Origin: Octopus bimaculoides
Taxonomy: Eukaryota
Direction of reading: 5' to 3'
Length of the DNA stretch: 64,000 bases
Assembly (NCBI RefSeq): GCF_001194135.2
Contig: NC_068982.1
Location: 161,852,383-161,916,382, forward strand
Both the position numbers and the translations under genes were made by a program. Below the pieces are notes generated by a model. That model saw only the letters and a list, made by a program, of their open reading frames with translations. It was not told where the DNA came from and ran no database searches. This document shows, piece by piece, positions 49,701 to 61,609 of the stretch. Each line of letters opens with the position of its first letter. Positions within the stretch are counted from its first letter, which is position 1.

Positions 49701-52700
49701 GCGTGCTCACACGCATACAGTTACACTGACACACATACACACACACACACACACGCACGTATGCATGTGCACACATGCATGTGCACGCACGTGCACACAC
49801 ACACACTGAATTATCATTGTACTTTTAGTAACTTTGGCAATTAAAAATCAACATAATCCATCATGGCAATACAATATACTGTTTCCCTTATTCCAGCAAT
49901 TATTCTTATAGCATTTCTCTTGATTTTATTGATGTTTTTTATTTAATTAAAAACATCCTGTCTTAGAAATTTATAATGAACATTAATACAGTAGATTTAC
50001 TCAATTCAGATGCTAGTGTATATCCTTTGCAACATACATGCACATGGTTTAAGTATTGAAGCATTTGTAAAGCATATTTAATATTTTGATTTGTTTATGC
50101 ACACAATATTTGCTTGTAGTCCTAGTATTGAATTGTTGAGGTTGAGTTTGCTACATTCTTGTGAAGCTTCCAGTGTTATTGTTGTGTTTTGTTTTTTTGT
50201 TGATATTTGGAATTTTCTTTTTCATTAATCGTGAAGTGGTGCCTTCAGGTAAGACCTGGATATTTGCAACACCAGTCTGCTTGGCTGAGAAACCTACACA
50301 GCTTTTAAGGGCTCAGAGTTTTATTGAATGACTTGATTGGAGCCTTTTTGCTAAAGATTAAAAAAAATTCCTTCAGAGATATTGCTCCTTCTCTCACTTT
50401 CCTTTTATTCAGATTGGAAAGTTAATTCTGGGACATATCTTGTTTTATGCTGAATTTGTTTGTTAGACACCTTAGTAACAAAAGAAAAAAAAAAAAGGAG
50501 AAAACCTAAAATGTTTTTGCTTGTGGATTCCAAATAGTCCAAAATTTCCACTACATATCCCATGGGATATTTATGTCAGTCTGTAGCTATCTACAATTCT
50601 GATTTACTTATCCTCTTATAAAACAAAATTTAAAAATCAAACCAAATAATTCGGTTTGTACTTAACATAAAGCATGTTGGTTTGCAGAAGCCTCTAATGC
50701 TGTAATTTGAAGTGAATTGCATTGCTAAATAATCCTGACATCTTCAAACTTTCTTCTCTTCATTAAATAACTCCTGGCAAATAGGCTGACAATCTTTAAG
50801 TACAAATAGTGTTTGATAGTAAATCACCAGTCATATGTCACTTAGGTTTTTTTTTCCTCTTCTGTCTGTCTGTCTTTCCTTTTGTTTATGGTTCTATCCA
50901 CAGTGTGTCACTGAGACTCAGTATTATATACCACTGCAAGTAACCAAGTGTTGTTAGAGAAGTTCATATCTAGTTTTATTGTAGTCACTTTTAGTCCCCT
51001 AGAATTATCCAGTAGCCTTTTTGTTGACTTCAGAAATATTTGTGGCAGAATACTACAGATTATGGTGTAGAGGAACTCCATACTGCATTTATTAACTATA
51101 TATTTTCTTCATTTATGAAGCACAACTCCTTATTGACATCAAATTTGAATATTATTTACTATATACAAAACCTCTTCTCATAAATATATTCACCGGAGGA
51201 AATATATCCTATATAGTGCTCTGCCACAATTTGTTGGTAAAGAAGAAATTGATAATAGTACTGTATTTTTGTTTTTGTATATCTGATCACTATCTAGCAT
51301 GGCAATAGTGTGTTCACCTAAAAAAAAAATGTTCTTTCTGTTAGTCATTAGTCTATTATCTATGCTATTATCTAAATGATTACATTTTTGTATTGTTCAT
51401 TTCTTTGAAAATTCTGTTCTTTTTCATAAACATTTTCAGACAGTTATTTACTATCCATTAACACACATACACACTCCTCATGCTACACTATATGCATTTT
51501 ACTATTGTATTTGATGAATACATCTGACATTCATATATTTATGTCTATATAATGCTCATTAACTAGATCTTGCCTTTCTATACATCTGCCACTCTATTAT
51601 GTACATGAGATAAATATTGGAACTTGAGCCAACAAGGTAATCTTTATGTGGTTTCTCAGCTAGCTAGAAACAACGACCAAATCTTCCTCAAATTACATCT
51701 TAGTTTCTTGAAGAGAGAGGGGGCACAGTCCATATGCAGTGTCTGTGTAAAAGCTGAGATGGTCATGCAAGACCACTTTTTATTGTAGATCTACTGATTC
51801 GGGCCTGACTTGAGGCTAAACAACCTCTTGTGACTAGTTACATTAAATACAACTTGATACTCCATAAAGATCTTGTCACTATCTACTATGGTCTTATCGC
51901 AGTCAAATACCAATGACTTGTTTTATACTATTGTCCTTTACATCCTCATAATAAACTTGTTTTGTCAGACATGTTGATGTAGGCATCTATTATTATTGTT
52001 AGTTTTTTGATTATCAGGCTTTCCATTACTGGAATATTAGAAATTTTAAGGTGTGCACAGTTGATTATACTGATCCTCAAGACAAGACTGGTATTTTATT
52101 AACATTAAGAGCATAAAAGATAGTGTCAGCCTTTGTGAGATCTGGACCTTGCACTTTTTCCTGTACAACATTCTTTTGGGGAAAGGTAATGAAGTTTGGA
52201 CTTGTTATGTAGCCCTTCTCAACTCTGCTTGAGCACTGCTATGGAGTTACAAATATAATCATTTGAGGGAGCAATCCAATATGCAGTGTCATAGTGAAGA
52301 GACACTGCTTCAGTTTTGCTGTGCAACCCATATCTCGGATGTAATCAAAACCTTTGATGGTGGCTGTAACCTGAGAAAGATAGTCTTAGTGGGTGTTTAG
52401 AGAATGGGATTGTTATGGATGGGATACTGTATAGTATTGAGATTTTAGCTTTTAACTTATGAGCTTTAATTTCTGCTGGATTGAGCAGAATAAAGTATGC
52501 ATATGTATCATTTGTTCAATGTGTTCTGGTCGATCAACTAAATACTTCGTTCTTTTTAAAAGCGAAACCTTGTGTCTAATTAAAAACAAATATTTAGACA
52601 TTCTAATGTATGTAACTCTGTAGACATTAAAATCAACATTTGTTTAAAACTGGTTGGTGTTTTGCTTGAATTTTTGTGCTTCTCAATGAGGATAAGGAAA

Positions 52701-55700
52701 TATTCAAAATTACTTCAGAAGTTACTTAATATTTTTCCATAGTCAAACCACAAGTCCAATAATAGACTGTGATGCACCAGTTTAATTGTACACATTACTC
52801 AAATCGAAAGTAGTAAGTTTCACAGATTATTCAAATGAAGGTGTACAATATTTCACTGAAAGACTAGTTATACTTGTTTAATATTATGTCACAAAGGATT
52901 TGACCATTTAATTCTAGTTAAACATTTGCTAGTTAAATATGTTTAGTGTATTATATGTAATCGTCAATAAAATTATTTAAGTGGTTCCCAATTGTATTAA
53001 CAGAAATTTTCACTAGATTATTGAAAACAAATGGATCCATTAGTTGTTGCTATTTAGTCCCAGTTGACTGAGATGGACTTAAAATCAACACATTACAACC
53101 ATGACCCCATCTTTTTTAAGGCTATATAGAACTGCATATCTAAACAAGTTCTTTCCTTCCCCAAGATGATATGGTATGAGTTTCTCAATGATATAGTATG
53201 AGGGCAATTTTCCTGCTATTTCCAACTAGTCAGTAACATCATAGAAGTTTCCCCCATTGGCTCAAGCAATCCATTTTTTCATTGTTTACAATATCTTCCC
53301 TACTCTCAGTTGTACTTCATCTAAAATTTCTTAAGTTCTTTTTTTAAACAAAAAAACTTGTATAGGGTCGTCAGCAGTCAGTCTGTTAATGACCCATATG
53401 AACAGGGCAAATATATCTAATCTAATTAGTTATATATAAGCGTAAGGGATTTTAAGCAATTTTGCCATAACCTGTAACTCCATCTAATCTCTTTTCTTTT
53501 TGCATGTCCCTAAAGAATTTAAAATTCTGATTGTTAGTAGATTATTTTTGAAGATGTGAGTGGCTGTTAGACTATTTCTCTTGCTATCTTCCATCTGCAT
53601 AACCTCACACCCATTACCTCTCCTCCATCTTTTTTTTTCTACCCTTTTATTAAACATATGCCAAATTTAATATTGGTCTTTGAATGCCACTCCCTTTATT
53701 GCTGCTGTTGATGCTGCTGCTGCTACTATTACTGCTGCATTGCTTCTAACTGACTTCTATTTTTTTTCTGCATGGTAACAATTAATTACTTATTAGAATA
53801 TTAAGTTTGCATAAGCTTGTCTTGAATTCATCATCATGAGTAAGCCCATCAGATTTAAGTACTGTTTGGTCCCTAATACAAATTGTTATTGTTGTTATTA
53901 TAAGAAGGAATTGTTTAAACAGAACTCAACAGGATAAAAGGAAAGCCCCTAATTTACATATTTGGAATATTCTAAAATGAAAATAGATTAAAATTGTAAT
54001 TTTAATTTTAAAAAATTACATCAAAAGATATATTGCTATGACTCAAATGTGATCTACCAAAATTCCTCCATTTTCTGTTATTTCCTTAGGAAAAGGTAGG
54101 ATAATGTTAAACATATTTTGGTGTATATTATTGTTATTATTATTATTTGACAGCTCTATTACTTTTAATATTGAAATTAATAATAACCAGAGCTTTATTA
54201 TTCAACTCTGAATTTGGTGTGAAATAATAATTTTTTGGGGACCATGTAATTCATAGAGACACTGATCATAATAGCAGGCAAACAGAGATGCCATCTAGGA
54301 GGCAGGTCCCATTTAGAAAATATTTCAAATTCATAGGCTTTGATGAAATCTCCAGAAATCTCTAACTATGAAATATTATTTTAAGCGTAGTGTTGCAATC
54401 TCTATCTAAACAAGTACTGTGTTAATACAATTGCTAAAGTGAACATGGAGTGATATTGGAAATACATTACAAATTTAGAATTAATTTGTTATATATATTT
54501 TGAACATAAAATGTGAGAATAACATCTCTGTGAAACGTATTTCAAACAAAATCCATATTTTTTATTGATTCTGATGGGCTGTTATATAATTGTCCTTAAT
54601 AGTAATTCAGCAATTCAGTCTCAGTCCCTTTGTGTTTATACATATATGTTGATTCTGAACATTTTGTAAAAAGTTGAGTTTGTTTTGCCATCTCACCTCT
54701 CATCTCAATTTAATATTGGCACACATACGCATAGAAATACATACACAAACATTAATTCTGTTTTGAATTATTGTATTGTTGGCAAATATCTTCATTTCTC
54801 TAATAATCAGTTTTGAACACCATTAGTAAAATATTCTTAGTATCTAAAAGACTTTTATTTTGTTTATCTGAGACACTTCCTGATTAGATTGATGATATGG
54901 TTAAAAAAAACCCACAAATTCAAAATATTTTTTCACATCAGTAGTTCTGTCATACTTTCATTTAGTTCTCTTAATCTATGAAGAAGTTCAATATTAGTAC
55001 ATTCCCAACTATCAATTTATTGCTATTATAACTGTAAATATTTTATCTTGCTACACAAATACTACAGTTTTGATTTGAAATGTTAGATTAATCTGAATAA
55101 TTCTCATATTTAAAATTGGTTGTATTCAGTAATTTTTGTTCAGCAGAAAATATTTTTGTATTTGTTTGGGTGTTGTAGTGTGATAGTAAATTCTTAATGA
55201 CCTCAATTTCTAATTTGAAGTTTTCCAACATTTCATCTACATCCTCTTGGGAATGACATAAGCATCACAACAATCCCACTTACCTTGAGGGAATCTCTTC
55301 ATATAGTGATTTGACTGCCTGGAAATACCAGCCAAATCTATCTTAGAAATGGAAGGAAACATTAGATAATGGAGTCTTATATAGAATATATCTGAAAATG
55401 AAAGATAGGATTGTTAAAGCTTGCAAACCTTTGTTCACAAGTCTGATCAAGGATGGCATGCAGGTTAGATAACAACCCCAAGTATTATGCTTGTTTATTA
55501 AACGGGAAAATAATAACATTTTCGCCTCTAAAGCTTCTAAAAAATTGAAGTTCATTTTAAAATTTTAGAATTTAAAAAGCTGAAATCTATAAAAATTAAA
55601 TGGTTAGCTTATTTATTTTGCCACCATAAAGCATTTGAAAATGTTATAATAGAGAAGTTGTTAAAAAAAAAAAAAATTTAATTGACAAGTTGATTATTCA

Positions 55701-58700
55701 TTTATCTTTAAATTATTTATATGATTTAAAATTTAGATTACATTTTGTAAACTATTATTTTCAGTTTTTTTTATACCTTTATTTTCAAAATGTAAGAAAA
55801 GTTGTGTAGAGTTATTCCATGGGGATTCTATCATTGTTCATTATATAATTAGAACTATCAGCTTATAACTATTATAACTCTTTATTTAAAAGTTTATATT
55901 GGTTCTTGTTAAAATGGATTAACCTGGCTTTCATATCTGTTCAGTTATTAGCTTATTACTTAATTCTAAATAAGCTTTTTATATATTTGTAAAACTTTTT
56001 GTTTACTTGTTAATATTTGTCTCATTTTTCTTTTTTAAAGGACATGTACATGAATATTAACCGCATCTTAGGTGTTGCTCAGCGGCTGTGTGATACTGGT
56101 CATTATGGTGCCAATGAAATCCGCCAACAGGCCAGCAAACTGGAGAGGGATTGGAAGACTTTAGCAGCAGCTGTTGATGATCGTAGCACTGTCCTTAGTA
56201 TGTCTGTGATTTTTCATAAACGTGCAGAACAGGTTAGCAAACTGAACTTTTCTATTTTGTTTAACCTTTTACTTTAACTTACTGGGGTTTAGGGGGAAAA
56301 ATATTCCTTTGAGAACTAAGAGATAAAGAAACTTCATTAGAAACCTTACTGTTTTTCTGATGCCTATGATTTTATTTTGAAAATGTAATAATTCCATTGG
56401 TTATGATTAACACTAGAGTTTTCAGGTAGCTGTCTTAATCCAAGGTCACAGCATCACCTACCTGACCAATGTTTATAATCAGAGGTTTTTTTTTTTTTTT
56501 CCTTTTTACCCTTTCAGCCAAAGAGAAGCTGATAGGATAAACACACCTAAATAAAAGTGGCTTGTCAGGAAATTTTTTAAGAAATCTGTTTTTGGACAAA
56601 TTGGAATATGTGTGTTCTGTGAACTACTGTTTGATAGATTTTATAGTGATGATGAATATAACTAAACCTGGTTATGTAAAATAGTTGAAACACAGTGTTG
56701 AGGTTTTGTGTTGATGATAAATATAACTGGTTACTTGATATTAAATAGTTATAGTGAATTTTGTCAATGTATTGGGAATTGATTTGTTGTTAGTGTGTGA
56801 ATTATTGACTTACTTCAGCAGATTTCTGTAGTAACTCAACAAGATTTACCTTCATTTGTTGATGTTGCTTTGTATATGGGGATACCTTAAGTACTTATTT
56901 GAGCGGAAAATCCACCCTATTTCTGCCTTGAAGTTGCTCTTCTTTTAAACTCATTAGCCATTTCCCAACTCTATGTAATCACATCTGTCTCCTCTATCAA
57001 GGGCCAACACCAAAGTAACGTGTATTGAGTCTGTGGACAACCCTCTACAGAGTTATTCGGCCAAATCATCAAACTACACCCTGCAATCTAAAATTAAAAA
57101 AATATATATATAAAAAAATGACACACCTGATAATAAGCTTACAGTTGAAATTTCATTCTTCAGAAGTCTGTTCAGTTAGGGTTGATCTGATCTGGAAAGC
57201 AACGTCAAATCTTCAGAAAATTTTTTTACATTATTTATTCTGAAGTTCCCAGATATTATTTTGTCAAGCAACATATACCGAAAATAATATACTGCGCTTA
57301 ACCAGATTAATTCTCATTCTATTTTGAGGACACTACACATGTATTGAGAGCCAATTTATTTATTTTTTTACAAGGGGAATGATTCTTTCTGAACTAAATT
57401 TTTTTATACCGTTGTTACTTCCCTTGCATAATACATTTACCTACTCCAGCGATTTGCATTCTGATTTTGGAACGTGACCGTAGTTAGAATACTTTTGCCT
57501 TCGATTGGAGATTAAAATTAAACTTAGATTATATATTTTGACCATGCCTGTTTACTCTTACTGCTATACAATGATTTACTTCAAACTGGGTTTTTTTTTT
57601 TTTGCTGTCTCATTATAATGAAACAAAAATGTTGCTATCCTCAAAATGTTGGAAAACGCTACTCTACTGTTTATAGAATTTTTTTTTAAAGATTTCATGT
57701 CTTACCTGACATTATTCTCACTAGCTAAATCCCCATGAGTGACTGAGTTATCTATATTGCTTATTCAAATGAGTTTTAGTGATTGATTATTTCTTCCTTT
57801 TATCCAAACTTTACTTTCAATATATATTCATGCAATTCAGTATCTTGCTCAAGTCCATGAGTGGAGGCTAGCCTGTGAGAGTCCTCAGATTCCATCATCC
57901 ATTAAAGACCTAGAGGAAGCCTTACAACAACACCAGACATTAATTGAAACCATCAGCCAAGCCTATGCTGAGGTAAGTACTGAAATCCATCAGTTTTTTT
58001 TTCTTTTTTTTTTTTTAAGTAGAATAATGTTAGCTAATTTGTTCATCCTAATTTGCCTAACCTAAATACCCTCATCTAATATATTAAAATTATGTTATGA
58101 TAAATAATGATCCAAAAGAGTATAAGGCTGAGAAACATCATTACTGTAGGCTAAATATATTGCTAAACTTGTGCTATAATCATGGGAAAATGCTGAGTAA
58201 CATTTTATTTCCAGTTTTAGTTCTACAAAGTCAGTCTTTTCCTTACATATAATGAATGCAATCTCAGATTAACTTACCACCTAAAGTCAAGCTCAAAGTG
58301 GCAAATTGACAAAAGGTAGTAGCCCTTCTGTGACTTTATTTCTAACAAATGGTTTAGTCATACAGAGAATACAATTAGAAATATTTAAACAATGAAGAAA
58401 AGATTGCATCAGCTCATGGATTAATGTTATCCAGTACCAAAATCTCACAAAAACTATGCCATTGTTTACTGAACATGTATGCTATTTACATTTACAAATT
58501 ACTAATATTGATGTCAGTACTGTTAGTTAACTGTTTACCTTTATATCCTGTAGGTATGTGCTGATGGGAAGGCATTATTGGATACACTTCAAACGCCAGT
58601 TACTTCAAGTAGTAACAATTCTATTACAGCCAAGGCTGATTATTCAGAAGCAGCAGGACATGTCCTAGATGTTATTCATGATGTAAGTATACATGCATAT

Positions 58701-61573
58701 GTATATAGGTGATAAAATTTGTCAATTACTTGTTTTAACATGAATTATGGGCTATAAAACCTCAGATATATGCACTGATTTTTCATAGAAATGTTTAATC
58801 AGATTTGCTGTCTAAAATACATTGTAAAAGTTCCTACTTCCTAAACAGAAAAAAAAAACCCGAAAAAAAAACTTAAAGTTAAAAGTGACACTTCAACTTT
58901 ACAGATGCAAACTTTAAAAGTGCATCTGCTGTAAGGTCAAGATTGGGAAAAAAGAAACTTGTCTCAATTTTTCCAAAATTTGTTTAGTATGAGAATCATA
59001 ACACATACACACACGCACGCATGCAGGCAGGCAGGCAGGTAGAGAGAGAGAGAGAGAGGGATATTATTGAAAGTTTCTGGTTTGCTTATACTGTGATTAT
59101 ATAATTCTCCATGAAGACGTATGCTACTGATAGTCGTTAGTAGTCTGCCTATAAGTCATTATTTAAAAAAAAACCTCCTGTAATCTATTTTTGTTCAGTT
59201 ACTATAGAAAATTTTGTAATGTATCAGAGTGGCTTCTTGGCATTTACCATGACCAGTAAGTTTGGGCAATGTGCTTGCATCAAGCTTTATGTGAATTTTG
59301 GCAGATTGGTTACTGAAATCTTCAGAATGCTTCATCAGACTTCTGGCAAACATTCTATATATTAAACATAGATCTTTGAGAAGCATATGTGTTACAAGGA
59401 TAGTCTTTGTCAGTTCAAGATGATGAGCATTCAGATCAACAAGTCATCAGAAAATATGGTTAAAATTTGTGAACTCATCCATGAGGACCATTGCTGAACC
59501 AACTATCAGTTTTCTCTCATGATTGGAATCAGCTGTAGAGTCTATCAATTGGTTCTCTCAAAGCCTGAATATGCATCACATTGCTGCAAAGTTTTTTCTA
59601 CGTTCCTCAACTCAGGGTCCTGATACTCACCCTAAGATGCCTTGAGGTTTGTGAGAAGGGTAACATAACTTTTATCTCTAAACTCATCACAGGTAATTGA
59701 AGTTGTGTTTATAGCTGTGATCCAGACATAAAACAACAGTCATTGTTGTAGAAGAGCCTGCAGTAACCCAGACCTTAGAAAACATGACAGATTCAGGTTG
59801 TGACAAGATTCATGCTCATCATTGTTTCTCTCCTCATGTTCAGGGCATTGTTCATTAGTATTTGTTCCACCTAGCAGTAGAATGAATTCTGATTTTTACT
59901 ATGATATTCACTCATCTTGTTCCTTTGTAACTTAACTGTTTCCCAAAATGAGGTCCAACTCATGCCAGCATAGGAAATTTAACATTTGGTAATGATGATG
60001 ATATTGAACATTCAAAACTGTTAATGAAATTCAAGTAGAATTGCTAACAGTATTGTTAGATAGCCTTTTGGGAAAGGACTTTAACATTTCTTTTACCGCA
60101 TTGAAGATACATTGGGATTGTTGTGTACATTTCCAAGAGGACTTTTTTGAAGGAGTTGGTGCCCAAATCATCATCATCGTCATCATCATCATTAATCTCC
60201 CTCTCCTCCTCTCCCCACTCCTTCATGCTGAGTTTTTCCATGCTTGCATGGTTTTGAAGGGTTTCCTTCACGATCAGCCTCCTGCACTTTTGCTGTTTTC
60301 CTCTTCCACTGGTTCTTCCCACATGACTCTCCTGTCACTTCTTCACCTACTTGTTATCATTCAAATAAAAATAATATAGGAAACACGCAATTTATTAGAA
60401 TAATGGTGCAAATTCTTTGTAGGCTTGCTAAGAACTTTCTGATATCATCTTATATGTAGGCATTCACATCGATGATATCAATCTTCTATGTTGCTGTGGT
60501 ATAATTTGTTGCTCACGACCTGGGGTTTATCTACCTATAGTGATATTCACTCTATTGCAAGTATTAGAACCAGGTTTTGGCACACTACTTGCTACTGCAG
60601 AAGCCCAGGAGGTATGGTCTCTCCTTTATTTTCTTGCAGCAATGTTAGAGGCTCTGCAAAATGTTACGGACTCTGTTCTTCCTTTCCTGATGAAGCCATG
60701 AATATATATATATGTGTGTGTGTGTATGTATATGTGTGTATCTGTGTTTAATTTAACAGTGAGTTTTCAAGCTATTTTAAATAAAGAGTTAAAGAATGAG
60801 GAATAATGGGCAAAAAACAAAAATGGCTACTCCATCAATTGTGCATACACTAGTAAATATCAACGCTATAACTGACTGATGACAAGGTCTTTTCATATTC
60901 ATTAATGTAGCAATTGAACCAATACTTTACCACTTGTCTAAATACTGTATCATATTTAAATACTGTACTACATGTCTACTGTACCATTTGCCTAAATACT
61001 GTACCATTTGCCTAAATACTGTACCACAAGAATAAAAATTGGATCACATTTAAATTACTGTACCATTTGCCTAAATGCTGTACTACATGTCTAAATACTG
61101 TACCACATGTCTAAATACTGTACCACATGTCTAAATACTGTATCATATTTAAATACTGTACCACATGTCTACTGTACAATTTTCCTAAATACTGTACCAC
61201 AAGAATAAAAATTGGATCACATTTAAATTACTGTACCATTTGCCTAAATGCTGTACTACATGTCTAAATACTGTACCACATGTCTAAATACTGTACCATA
61301 TGTCTAAATATTGTACCACTTGTCTAAATATTGTAGCACTTGTATAAATGTAACCACTGTACCATTTGCTTAAATATAAATCCTTTTCTGTTTCTTCCAG
61401 GTTCTAGCTCATCAACGTCATTTAGAACATCTGTGGCATAACAAGAAAGTGAAGTTGCACCAGCGGTTAGGTTTGCGCTTGTTTCAGCAAGACGTCAAAC
61501 AGGTACAGTTGTTTTTACTGCAGCTTCATTTCTTCTGACTTATGTATTTTTAGGTGAGAAAGAAAGAGAAAGA

Positions 61574-61609
<36 letters not shown>

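Noticed and set aside
49700-49806. Palindromic CA/TG alternating tract (Z-DNA or hairpin potential)
   Set aside because: Ordinary mutated (CA)n microsatellite, common throughout the window
50237-50248. 12-nt microexon WCLQ before the GTAAGA donor
   Set aside because: The acceptor would be GAAG, a poor 3' splice site; the donor is kept only as a possible first-exon end
38905-56040. Nested protein-coding gene or mutually exclusive duplicate spectrin exon in the 17-kb intron
   Set aside because: I found no paralogous exon or coherent multi-exon frame on either strand by eye; the longer ORFs are TE relics or simple repeats
60660-60700. CTGATGAAG hammerhead-ribozyme-like core at the end of a non-repetitive block
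   Set aside because: No downstream GAAA and no closing stems; the sequence runs into an (AT/GT)n tract. The CTGATGAG at about 24233 fails for the same reason.
60930-61375. Repeat-spacer-like look suggesting a CRISPR array (also the ~65-bp RTE units)
   Set aside because: The only 'spacer' is itself duplicated, the units are head-to-tail and degenerate, there are no cas genes, and the context is a eukaryotic intron
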